Assembly (NCBI RefSeq): GCF_018977255.1
Contig: NW_024704755.1
Location: 15,190,001 to 15,254,000 of the forward strand
Reading direction: 5' to 3'
Origin: Callorhinchus milii
Taxonomy: Eukaryota
Length of the DNA: 64,000 bases
Shown: positions 48,798 through 61,182 of the stretch, piece after piece
Position numbering within the stretch: the stretch's first letter is position 1
Layout of the letters: the number at the start of each line of letters is the position of its first letter
Translations under genes and position numbers: made by a program
The notes under the pieces: generated by a model
Database searches by the model: none
What the model was told of the DNA's origin: nothing
Seen by the model: only the letters and a program-made list of their open reading frames with translations

Positions 48798-49916
48798 TTA
48801 ACTGACTAAATTCAGATAAGATGGTGTTCCTCGTTGATGAGAGCTGAGCCATGGGTTATGCATTTGAGGCAATGAAGGACTTTAACCAGCTAACACTGTG
48901 TTCTGTACCATTGAAAACGCTGTTTGGAAGCTACATATTGTTTGTTTAGTGAGGAACATCCTATCACTTAGGGATTTTCTCTTGTAGGAATAAATGGTCG
49001 TCGAATAGGAAGGATCCCTGTCACCAGACTGACCTTCCAAATCCCACTCTGAGACAATAAAAATGGTCTTAGAGACCTGATGGGATTTTTCGCCTCTGAT
49101 GACCACACAAATGCAGTTTTTTTGGCAAGAGTCAGTGGGTAATGATGAAGAGAAGGCACCCTGACTTATTATCCCCTCACTATCCCAGGTGGTGAACGCA
49201 AAATGCACACTCTGGGGTCCACAAGTCTTGCATACTAGCACTTAAAGCACCTAATATTCTCAGGAACTGAGTAAACAGAACGCCTCTCGCCGAGGAGAGT
49301 GTGCATTCTATTGCAGGCAGAGATTTCCATGTGTAGGTGGAGCTCCAAGTCTAGTTTTGATATCCTAAGCATGCAATTGAGATTCTGCATGTGTATGATG
49401 GCTAACTGACCAAAAAAAATTGGTAATGGCAGCCAGATGAGGAGATACCTTGTGATGTCCTATGCAGTCCAGTAGGATGTCGATACTCATTGCCAGTGCT
49501 TACAAAAGAATAAGTTCCACTTTGGGCATGATATTGGGGAAAACCAGCAACAATGGACGCAAATCCCAGAATGAAGAGACCGTGGCTTAGAAGTGAAGAT
49601 GTATACCAATCATAAGGTAATTTTAAAACAATGAAACCATGAAAGGTTTGTTCCAGTAGGTGTGAATTCTCAATCTTCAGTGCCATAGAAGTAGTTTCTC
49701 TGTTTTATCTGGAGACAATATGCTCACTGTCTCTATGTACATTTGAATATAGTTGCACAGTAACAACATAATGAATGCAATTGAAAATTTAAAGGAAAGC
49801 CCAATATAATACGTTGAAAATACTGAAGGGAGATTTTTGGTATCCCAACTCCCAGTGTTCGAGTCAAAAGACCAGACAATAAAGTTTTGTGGCTAACTCA
49901 GTTTATTCAAATATAA

Positions 49917-50808
49917 TGTTAGAATATAGAAGTTATAGTCTAGTAATAATGAAATATTAAACAAGTGTAGAATGGAGAAAATAGTGACAGTCATGGGGTA
50001 GGACACATCTGTTTTACTCTGTTTCTGAAGACAGCCTTGGGAAAGAGCAGGAGGTCACCACTTATCAGTAAATAACAACAAAACCTACAGAGGTAACAGT
50101 CCAAGGTACAGGTCGACACAGTATCTCAGCTTAGCAATAAGTCTCTAGATTCTGACAGGGCCTACCAAGCGAGAGAAGGCAACCCTCAAGAATAACGAAC
50201 TAACGAGCAAGTTGTTCAAACTGGAGGCCTTTGGTACCATCCCGGGATACTGATAAGAAATAACCATTCACTTAAAAGGAAGACAGTAATGATCCCACAT
50301 ATCAAAATAACAAGCACCAGATACAGCCCTAAACTGAACAATCTCCTATCTTAGACAGGAGAAAGGGAAGACCTCGTGGAGACTCAGTCAGGCTGGCACC
50401 AAGCCAAATGATTGATTAACCTGAGTACGTGACTGTATCAGAAGTAGTTAGAGGGGCCCAAGGAAGGCCACTTGGAGAAAGGGTATAACTACTGTACCTC
50501 TAGGTGAGAACGGTTAAAAAGACAGGAAGGCCAGAGAGAGAGAGAGACCAGTGTGGAGAGGTCCCTTTCAGAATTACAGGGACGGTGATCTCTGACGTTC
50601 TGTGACTGTCTACAAAGCCTGGTGGTATAATTTGTTAGACATTTGTAGTAACTTGTCAATGCATGTTGTGTTCACTCTGATCAGAATAAACCTTGCTACA
50701 CCATATTGTGATTGTCGTGTCATATTTCGAACTTTTCCCAGCTCTCTCTGTTTTTGTCTCAGATTTCCAGCATCTGCAATATTTTGTGTTTTGTTTATGT
50801 TATTAACA
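49917..50808 (+). mobile_element. Possible solo LTR
   Basis: TGTTA...TAACA termini, TATA-like sequence, AATAAA at 50685; no target-site duplication seen. Confidence 0.35.
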
Positions 50809-51139
50809 GATGTTGAGTGATGGTTTGAGTACAAAATCGTGTTATCTGCCATTTTGATTCATATCAACAAGATTAAAAACTTAACGTTTACAATTTTATG
50901 CAGCTCTGCCTCATAGTGTTTCATTACATATATCATATTCTAACAAGATCTAGAGAAAATATAAAATAATGATTTAAATGTAAAAACAACAATCGCTAGA
51001 TGTGGTATTGTGCCTTTCAAGTCGGGAGGACATCTCAATCACAAGACAAATTGTAAAGGGTAGTGACTGTGTGTTTTGTCGTCGAATATGGCAGCCAATT
51101 TGCAAACAGCAATGATGCACAAACAGTCATGAAAAGAGT

Positions 51140-51340
51140 TGAGCGGATGATTGAGAGAAAGAGAAAGAGTGACTGAGGAGAGAGAAAGAGAGAGAGAGCG
51201 GAGGGAGCGGGGGAAAGAGAGATAGTGATGGAGAGAGAGTGTGCGCGAGTGATTGAGGGGAAAGAGAGAGAGTGATTTTGGAGAGAAAGAGGGGAGAGAG
51301 AGGGAAGAAAATTAGTGATTGAAAGAGAGAGAGAGAAATT
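51140..51340. repeat. GA-rich low-complexity repeat
   Basis: Seen directly. Confidence 0.85.
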
Positions 51341-52214
51341 GTGTGAGCCTCCCTCGGCCACTGCGGAGGGACCGAGGACAGACACCAAATGACGTGCTGT
51401 GCAGTTCCCTCACAGAAAGTTACCTCTTTCCCCAGTGAGAAACTCCTCTAGGTTCTTCATCCCACTTCCAATCCTACCACTTCAACCTGCTGACCAGGCT
51501 GTTCTATTTGCAGAGCTCCCCCTCCCTTTCCACCCCATCTGCCCCAACATCGCCATTTGCCGCTGCTCTCAGGATCTCCATTTTCGGAGTCCCTCCCCTC
51601 TTTCAAGGCACATCAAGAGATCTTGGATACGCTTTCGGTCATCGTTTCCTCTCCCCACCTCCTCCCTTAGTTCCCTCCTCCGGCTCAGGTGCCCAGACAG
51701 TAGTGTCGAGTGTATTCTGCAAAGCGCATTGAGACATCTTGGTGACGTGATGAGGCGCTATATGAAATGCAAGGATTATTATTATTATCCAGTGCTCAGC
51801 AGCCAAAAGGTTGAACCACCCAGTCTTAGATTATGATTTCTAAGTCCCGACACTGGGCTTGAATTGACAAACTTCTGACTCAGAGGTGGGAGTGCTACCA
51901 AATGAGCCAGTCTGATACACAACATATGGTTCACTTCGCACTCCTCAGCGCACTCACTTGAGCTATTTGGATGTATTTTTAAAATGAATGGCTACAAATA
52001 TAACAAATAGTCACTGAACGGATGCCACTTCAATTCAGATAAAAGCTTAACTAGTAGTTTAATAAATTACATTCTCAACATCTTAACATTAGCTTTATGC
52101 AATATCATCGAATCTAACTCGAATGAATGAAATAAGTGGAGTACCAAACACTCTGAGTCACAATATAAATGCAAGCTGGTAAGGCACAATAGTGTTTGGT
52201 AAATATGAGTAAGG

Positions 52215-52925
52215 CAAACCAGAATGTATTAAAAGAGCAATATTGAACCAAAATAGTGGGGTAATTTTGCCACTTTATAAGTCACTGGTGTAACCGCACT
52301 TGGAATACTGTATGCAGTTCTGGTCACCACAATATAAAAAGAGTATTGTAGCAATTGATAGGACCCATAGGAGGGCAACCAAAATAATTGAGGGGATGGA
52401 GGACCTGGACGACAATTAGATAAACTGTGTGTGTTCACGCTGGAGACGAGAGGGGGCAATATGATTACGGTCTTTAAGATTCTGAAGGGGCGAGATAATA
52501 CAGACCATGATAAGCTGTTATATCTTATAGTGAACAGTAGAACGAGAGAACTAAGCCTGTGATTGAAGTGGGGAGGGGGTAAATTCAAAACAAGTCAATA
52601 GAAACACTACTTCATTGAGCGAGTGATAATAATAATAATAATAATCCTTGCATTTGATATAGCGCTTTTCACGTCTTCTCGATGTCTCAAAGCGCTTCAC
52701 AGGATATGCTGTAAAGTGAATAACCGTATATTTGTGGGCAAAACGCGGCAGCCAATTACGTACAGCAAGTGATAAAGTGATGAGCGAGTGATAAACTTAT
52801 GGAACAGGCTACTAATGGAGACAGTGGGGGCAGAAAGCATAGTTTGTTTCAAGCAGAAATTAGATAGATTTCTGCAGGAAAACACCACCTCAGGATATAT
52901 GTAGTTTATAATTTGGCACATATAC
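52215..52925 (+). mobile_element. CR1 LINE 3' fragment with a nested antisense SINE fragment (about 52625-52770)
   Basis: CR1 ORF2 end (LEYCMQFWSP.YKK..QRRATK-like) and 3' tail. Confidence 0.85.
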
Positions 52926-54767
52926 CAAGGAATGCTCGGGTGGTGGAAGGAAGATATACCTTGGGCTTCTTTCGCCTTGCAACTTCTTATCTTCTTAAAT
53001 TGTTGTTGCCAATATTAAAGGTACATTGGAAAATATACCTAAAAATATTTCTCAATGCAAAGATTGGAAGCATATAATAGAAATCCCCTTGTCCTAGACA
53101 TTGCATTCCCCTGAGGCATGGAAAACCGATGATTGACTAAATTACCACTTTAAACCTCATTGAACACTTTATTTAATGCAATTCAAAATGATGAAATCAA
53201 AGCTGTTATGTTCAATTATACTACACGATACAATGAACTTCATTTGTGATTTTAGGCGAGTGATATTTGAAATATCCCACAAAAGTACAATAAGACCTTT
53301 ATTTGTTGCAAAGTCATAGCTGTCATGCTTGCTGAACACCAATAGCTTTATTTTAACATAATAAAATATGTTATTTATGAGACTTGGCGATCAAGTCTCT
53401 GTCGTTCACACACGCAATGCGAAATGTAAAAACAAAAACTTTAAATTTGGGGTAGAATGAAAACTTGACTCAGTTTTCTGGTGCCAAATTTGAAAGTTTG
53501 CCAATCTGGAAACAAATAACATAATAATCCGGGATGCTTTAAGCTAAGAGAGACAAATATTTTATTTTTAAAATGCTGAAAAATATGAAGTGTTCACAGT
53601 GAAATGAACAGTGAAATCACGCAAAGGGAATATAGCTCGAAGTGCAGGTGCTTTCTGGATCCTTTTGTGGATAAGGTTTTGTGGCTTCTGATACATAGAT
53701 TTATTGAAACCATCAACATCATTTTCAGCAGCGGTCAAAAAAATCAAAACATGACTTACTATTGATGTACAACTGACTTGATGATATGTCCCACAATTAT
53801 TTAAAAAACATTATATTGGTTGCGTTTGATATATTAGTAATTGTCATTTAATTGGAGCCAAATCGACCAAGCTGAAATTGCTAATATTTAACGTGTGAAA
53901 AACAAGTAAGAGACGATATTCTAGGTATATGCCAACACCTTAATGGTATAAATCAAAGGCACTCAAATATGTTTGATACAGTATACCAGTTCATAATTTA
54001 CAATCTTCTGTTTCTTCCTATTTCCATCAGCACAATTCAATCACCTCTAATCTTTTCTTCCTTATTTCATCTATAACAAAACAAGTAGTGCAACTGTGAA
54101 TATCACCAATCCTTCGATTCTATGATAAATTGTAATAATTGCTGATTTTCACACAAACAAATTGATGCTTCAATCTGAAATGTTTACCACGAGACTGCAA
54201 ACATAAAATGTTTAGTTTTATTCTAAACGGTTGTTAAACTTATTCAGATAACACGATTTGCAGTTAGATCGCCTTTCACGTTAGAAGGACGTCTGAAAGC
54301 GCTTGGCTCTGTTTGTTGGGCACCGGAGCTGGAGACGGAAGTCAAAGTATTCCATGTGACTGTCTAACATCATTTGTCTCTAAGACAATATCCATTTATT
54401 ATAACACTGGATATATTTTCAACTTATCTTCAAGAATATTCAGCCTCAGGGAAGCAGAGCTTATGAATGACGATATTAACGTTAATATGATAACCAAGTA
54501 ACAGATATGGAAGCGATTGCATGAATATATTGTTCAATATTATTCCAGACACCTGGAAATTTGGAGGAGATATTTATATAACCATTGATTACTTCGGAAT
54601 CCTCCAACACAACAAAACGTAATTTCCCCCTTCTAAACCATTCTATGTCCTGGTTACCAGCGAACAACATGAACTAGTTTCCTGTTCATTGATAATTTCA
54701 TGGATTACGATATCAATACAATAATTGTAAATGAAACAGTATTATTTTGAAACAAAGAATGTCTTAC

Positions 54768-54882
54768 CGTTCAAGTGGTTTGATTCTAATGTGGTCAACA
54801 ATGAAGACTGTCAACACTATCACTACCAAGAAACATAAAATAAACCGAAAAATCATCATATTGTTGAACATTGGACTGGAAT
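54768..54882 (-). CDS. Orphan Arg-containing transmembrane exon (DSSPMFNNMMIFRFILCFLVVIVLTVFIVDHIRIKPLE), activating-receptor type
   Basis: tttgttttccag acceptor and gtaaga donor; phase-1 start; 115 nt; read-through gives ..LER* at 54764. Confidence 0.75.
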
Positions 54883-55729
54883 CTGGAAAACAAATATCGG
54901 ACTGTAAAATGTTTACGTGCAATTTACTGAATAACGACTGTATTGGGAAAATCCACACATTCTTCATCAATTGATATTGGAAGCTACAATGAGACGGACG
55001 AATATTATAAACTGTGCATTCAATTGATTGGAAAATAGCAGCGAATTGTTGTGAATGTCATCGAGCAAACACTTTATTAGTGATGTTAAAGATGTACGGT
55101 TATATATGTTATGGTATCTGTTCCCCTGAGACTGTTTGCTCAGCTTCAAATGTACCAGATTTAACACCTGTACCGACCCGAGCCATCGAGAGGTGGACAC
55201 CATCGTCATCAAACTCATCGCGTTGGACATCTACTATTGTGTGGAAAACTCTATAAAACAACTAAACGAGTTTTATTTTAAGTGCAGTAATTGTTGTTAT
55301 AAAGGAAAAGCAGCAGAAGATTGGCTCCAAAATGTCCCGAGTAAATGGAACGGATTAATGAACGAATATTATTTGTGTTTTATTTGTGAACATACATCAA
55401 TCCAAAAGTCCAATTTCTGATTTCAAACCTAATTGCGTGTGGAACCCGCAGCACTATTGCACTTTAGAAGTTAGTAAATGACAAAAAATAACATTTTGTA
55501 GGAGACATATGTAGTATATAATAACAAAACAAGAACATCCCCAGTTTGAGCTATTTTTCGATTCAAAGACTATATATCTCCAGTTGATTGTGTTGTATAT
55601 ATAGATATATACACACATGGAGTTTACAGCGAGAAACTTGTATGACTATCAATTGCAGCGTCAATAAATGTAAATATAATTCCAGTAACAAGGTGTTTAA
55701 CAACAAAAGACAGAAAGACAAGATGTTTC

Positions 55730-56084
55730 CTGCCATACAATCCCGTGTCGGGTTTACAAACTGTGTCGCTGCGACTCCGGGAGTCCGGAGGTGCCGTGAG
55801 ATGTCAGACAGCAATAACCAGCCCCGCGCTGTCCCGGCGGTATCTCTTCTCTGTGGCTACAGAGCTCGAAACTTCATAAAGTCCCTTTGAATTCTTTCCT
55901 TTATTACAACGTATCCCCAATTTAACTTCACTGCCATCTTTATTCCAAGTGAGTTTGATATCTCCGGGTACAACCCACCCATATCACTCACAATGTGTTC
56001 ACGTCTTCTATTCGGAATAATTCGTTCAGTTTAGGGCAATAAACAGTTTGTGATATACCAGCCCCGGGGGGGGGGGGGGGGGGG
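55730..56084 (-). pseudogene. Decayed C1-set exon (GLYP/GDIKLTWNKDG..GLYEVSSSV..YCCLTSH..LRTPG)
   Basis: tttgtag acceptor; C1 motifs across frameshifts; 19-nt G run at the start; probable donor reads GA instead of GT. Confidence 0.8.
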
Positions 56085-56297
56085 CTACAAACAGTGAGAC
56101 ATAATCTGAACATTGTGGCTAAACCGCTCAGAAGTGATGTGGAACCTTTCTCTTCACGTGGAATTTCGGAATCCACTCAGATAAATAGCCTTAAATGTAG
56201 ATTCAAGTGGGATATTTAAAAGCAAGTTAGGTAATAGCTTTACGGGATACAGAAAGTAGCACAGAAATGGTAATGAAAATTCTGCCACCATCCTCCA

Positions 56298-56633
56298 TCA
56301 ACAACAACCTGCATTTATATAGCATCCCTCAAGCAGGAGAAGACAGGACATTTCACTATAAGTAAAGATATAAGCAGAACCTCCCCATTCGCACCACAAT
56401 TGCGCACAGCGGTGCCCCACAAACAGTCGTGGATCGAGTGACCAAACTACTATTATTATTCCTTATTATTATTATTATTATTATTCCTTAAAAAGAAGAT
56501 GTTTGAAGGAATTATTAACCTTGGAAAAGCGATCCGAGAATCAACTAACAACTGGGTTCCTACTTACTGCCGGTAAACAGATGCCCAGCGTTTCGCCCTG
56601 ACCGGGAATCGAACCCAGGTCCCCTCGCATTGC
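56298..56633 (-). mobile_element. tRNA/Deu SINE, internally deleted
   Basis: Head, partial core and tail present. Confidence 0.75.
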
Positions 56634-57846
56634 ATTGGATTGTCAGTGACATTGGGGTAATCGCAATAAATGCATTCAGGATGGAATAAAATCTTGGGTA
56701 AACATTCTGGTTACGGCGCTATTGAGGGATATAAATGTTTGAAAGCGTTGTTAACTTTAGACATTGATGTATACATTTGATTGATACTATTTTAATGTAC
56801 GTATTAAGCACAATAACTGGTTTAAATATTATATCTAATCTCAAGCTGTGTATTTATTTATTGAAATCAGAATGAAAATTACGAGGAAATCAGAACTGAA
56901 AACACTTTGATATTTTGTAGCTTAAGATAGGTGTAGCTAATGACATCTGATCACATTTATTGTTATGATTACTGTTGGTTTTAATACACGGACGAAGGTG
57001 ACACACGGGAAACCAAAACGGACACCTGATATTCAGAGGAAACCCACAAAATAAAATCCATAATTTGTAGAGTAAGACGGCTGTACCTATTGATATATGA
57101 TTGCAGCGATGAATCATACTCACTTGTTATTAATAAAAGGAGGGAACATTATGGGATGGAAAGTCATTTTGTGATCAAGTGTATTGTGCTAACACCAAGG
57201 GTTTTGAAAATGATGCGGGTTTAGGAGCTCCCACTGAGATGATATCGGTGAGGCTGAACAAAACGTTTGGTGATTCACATCAAATGTTTCACTTTCAAAC
57301 AGTATAATGCAGTTGATCATCACCATGCACAGCCCACTCACCACCATTCACCGTACCCGTGGCTCCCATCAAGTCTCGCACCGCTTCCTCTCCCCTCAGT
57401 ACCCCCAGACCCGCAGTCACATTCCATCCCTCAAGTCATGGGTAGTTGCTGCTAAACATTGTATGTTCCTCAGGGCTCTAATCTCGATCCTCACTATCTA
57501 TATGCTCCCAGTTGTTGATACCATCCGTAGAATGTCGACATTTATAATTATGAAACCCAACTCTCCCATCTTCCCCCACACTCGACCTCCACCTTCGACC
57601 CGATTGGTCTCAGGCGTCAAGTTCTTGATGAGCTCTGACATTCTTCAGCTGAATAATAATTATCCTTGCATTTCATATAGTGACATACATATCAAATTCA
57701 AGGATTAATATTATTATGATTATTAACTCATTATTGTCATCTCAGATCACTTCAGACAATTTATTATATGAATTAATGCAACTGAACATTCGGATGAGAA
57801 TTCAGTTGACAACAGTTGACTTTTTAAAAATCTTTCAGTACCTTAC

Positions 57847-58158
57847 CTGCTTTAGGTTTTGGGATTGTGTACATGGTGATAGCTGAAGTCTTGAGGCTGA
57901 CGCGAGAAACTTGACAGGTGTAAACAGACTCTATCTGTGCATCTTCAATAGAGCTCGAGGCCTTATAGAGATCCTCTGAGTTCTGCTTCTCACTGGAACC
58001 TCTCTTTTCCAGCTTTATTTCTGTTGTTGGCGCAATTTTGGTGCCATCTTTATACCAAGTGAAGGTGATTTCCCTTGGGTGAAACAAGGCAGTTTCACAA
58101 AAAAGAGACTGAGACATAGATGAATTCCTAGAGAAAATCTTCAGTGGAGTTGGGGGAA
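57847..58158 (-). CDS. Locus D C1-set exon, intact paralog of the gene C C1
   Basis: Open frame, intact ctgcag/gtaagg sites, near-identical to 44168-44488 with a net 9-nt deletion. Confidence 0.8.
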
Positions 58159-58725
58159 CTGCAGAACAGATAATGGAGAAGAATCGTATTAATTTTGGTC
58201 AATGGGCAGGACAAACCTGATTTTGACTTTATTTTGATTTGTATCTGACACATTTCGTTGCAAACTCCTGAATTCTGAGTGCAAATGGAGGTTTGTTTAC
58301 ATACACAAATATCCCTTTCACAGCAGCATTGGCCTTCCTCCTGCTTTAAATACATTGTGGTTTTATCAAGTAATATTTATTCATAGCCTTTATCTTGCAT
58401 TTCATTACTAACTTTGATGATTGGCAGGTGGAAATGATCACTAAGAAATGCCTATTCAATATGTTGAACTGTCAAACAGAGGAGATAGAGGATTCCTGGC
58501 AGAGGTGTGCACACTGTGTTAGTGTAGCTCAGTTGATTGTATTCTGGCCTTTGTGTTAGAATTTCTCTTCTACTGACCGCTGCCGAACGATGGTGATAAA
58601 ATAATCATTGCATTTGAATGTAATGCTATATTGTCATTTGTATTGTTTGTTCATTAATAACTTTTGCATTCCAGTTTTTAGAATGATTTGAGACATCTCC
58701 AAAATGTGGTAAGGCACATTTTGGA

Positions 58726-58781
58726 GATGGCAGCCACATGGTCGGGGATTTGAGTCACTTTCACCGAAGAATCGCCATCAA
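58726..58781 (-). pseudogene. Locus D truncated V exon (VDGDSSVKVTQIPDHVAAI only)
   Basis: Matches the first 56 nt of the C V exon; the remainder, including both Cys and the donor, is deleted. Confidence 0.9.
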
Positions 58782-58944
58782 CTGTCAGAAAATAAAGTCA
58801 AACACTAATTTCTCAGATGATGAGCCAGTGAGAAAACAAATGAGTAAAAGAGGAGAAAACGTAAACGTATAAGTTAAATGTCACATGGAAACAAGTTTGC
58901 ACATATTTCATAGAAGAACTGAATTATAGAATGAACATATATAC

Positions 58945-58996
58945 CTGTTGAAATAATATGTAAGGCCGACAGGTAGAGGAAGACAACACTCCCCAT
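58945..58996 (-). CDS. Locus D leader exon (MGSVVFLYLSALHIIST), intact
   Basis: Paralog of 45577-45628; donor intact. Confidence 0.75.
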
Positions 58997-59561
58997 GTCT
59001 GGCTCTGGCTCTGATGGTCTGTAACAAATGAACGTGGATTATTTGATACAGAGTAGTTTGCTGTGACACTGACGTCCTGTTTCTTTGGGTTTGTGAAATG
59101 TAGCAGGTGTGGAGAATGCAATTCGAAATCACACTTTTGCATCACAATTATGAAAATAATAACCCATCTTATTGAGGGCAGAAAAAAGCTAATCATATAT
59201 AACCTTAAAAAAAACACTGATTAGCGTCATTAATCATTTGATGCTGCTTTCTCCCAACCTAAATGTTGGTTTGAGCATCAACTCGGAGAATCAGTTATGT
59301 CAGAAACATTCCAATCTGATGAAAAATCTCTTCTTGTACTTCTATCCAACTGTCCCCTATTGATGGAAAGTAACCTTTCCCTCTCTTCTGGCACAGTGCT
59401 CCCCTTTAAAACCACTGTCATCACTCCATCAAAAAGTGTCTCCCCACGCCTCTTTTAATATTTGTAAAAATAGTCTGCAATTGGATTCGCAAGTTCAGTG
59501 GCTATATTTACAGACAAAACCAAGGTAATGAAGGTGGTAGATTGTGAAGATGAATAAGGTA

Positions 59562-60250
59562 GGTCACAGGAGGTTTTGAACATTCTTGGCAATTGGGTGG
59601 ATCGGTGGCAGATGAACTTCAATGTGGAGACATGTAAAGTACTTCACAGATGGACAAAAAATCTGTAAGGGAAATGGAAAGGACCTGGGGTTCCTGATTG
59701 ACAGTACCTTGAAGCTCTCCCAACAATACTCAGTGGCATTGAGTGAAGCAAACCAGTTGTTGATATGTATGAAAAGGTCAATATGAAGTGGAAATCCTGC
59801 CACTGTATAAATCAGTGGTGAGATCATACTTAGCGTACTGTGTACAGCTCGGGTCACCGCAGTACAAAAAAGATATTAGAGAAATCGAGAAGAGACAGAA
59901 GAGGGCAACAAAAATGATTGAGCGAATGGAGGGACTTGACTATGAGGAGTGACTAAGTAAATTGTACATGTTCATGCTGGGTAAGAGAAGATTGAGAGGT
60001 GATATGATTGGTGTCTTTAACAGTCTAAAGGGGAAGACAATATAGATCAGGACAGGCTGTGGAACAGGCTCCCTTGGGAGACTGTTGAAGCAGGAAATGT
60101 TGATCCTTTCAAACACAGATTAGATAGTTTTCTTTTTTTTCTTTAACATTATGGGACATCGCATATATGTAGTTCAGGACATATGTGCATGCGATCACCA
60201 GGAAGGTGGAAGGCGAACCAGATGGACCTTGGTCTTTTTCCGTCTAGCAT
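59562..60250 (+). mobile_element. CR1 LINE 3' fragment at the D/E junction
   Basis: WQMNFNV.TCKVLH..DLGFLID motifs; 3' part is paralogous to 31170-31720. Confidence 0.88.
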
Positions 60251-61182
60251 CTTTTATTTTCTTATATACAATGGTAGCAATGAATCTACGCGTCAAACCA
60301 AGTTGTTTATCGGATGAGGAGATTTATTTTGAATCCAATGCGGGGGAAGAGGGATAGGAGGAATGCGATTTCTAATATGAATCATCATAATTTGAATTTA
60401 TTAAATTAGTTTAAATTAATCCCACAGAATATGCACATTGGGCAGATTGCTTTCTTTGTAATTGTTTACCTGTTGCAGTGTTAGCACTCTGGCCTCTGAG
60501 TCACAACATTGTGGGTTCAAGCTCCAGGTTGCTTGAGAATCTCAACCAAGCTGAGATTTCCATGCTTCCTACCAACACACGGAAATCCCTGAGATTGATT
60601 GTTGGAGTGGAATGTGCACTCTCAGAGTATGCATTGGGTTAAATGCTGAATTCTAATCAACTAAAACCACATAACTTGCCATTGATATTGCTGTCTGGCC
60701 AGCTTTCTCGCTGCTCTTCCATCTAAGATGACATTCTATTGCCAGGAATATCACCTTGGAGTCAGTTCAGCTCTAAGGATACCCTGTTTAGAAGGTGTTG
60801 CATTGTTAGAGTTGGCATTCTTCAGATGAGATGTTAAACCAAGTTTCCATCTGCCTGTTCATTTGGCTGTTGAAGATTAGTGGCATATTTGAAAAGAGAA
60901 TGGAGTTTCTCTCAGTGTCCTGACCATCTTCCAATGGCAATGCAACACACCACTTAGTGAGGTCTCCTTGGAGCTGAACTGGCCTCAATATGACATGCCT
61001 GGCAGTGGAATGTCGGAATCGTGTCCGCCCTCGGTGGAAGCCTCGTTAGTCCGGTTCCTGATCCAGGCGGGTTCTCAGTATTCCAGGCCACTGCTCACCC
61101 CAGTATTGCACTGAATTGAGCCTAGGCTGTTAGCCCAAAGGTTCAATAGACATCTATACTTAGAGAAATAAAACAATCATAC

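Noticed and set aside
54313-54720. Ig-like fragments on the minus strand (DIEWFRRG, SASLRLNIL)
   Set aside because: Different frames, wrong spacing, no Cys pair
54967-55420. ORFs containing DIYYC (+) and DDGVH..GTG (-)
   Set aside because: Isolated motif look-alikes without the rest of a V fold
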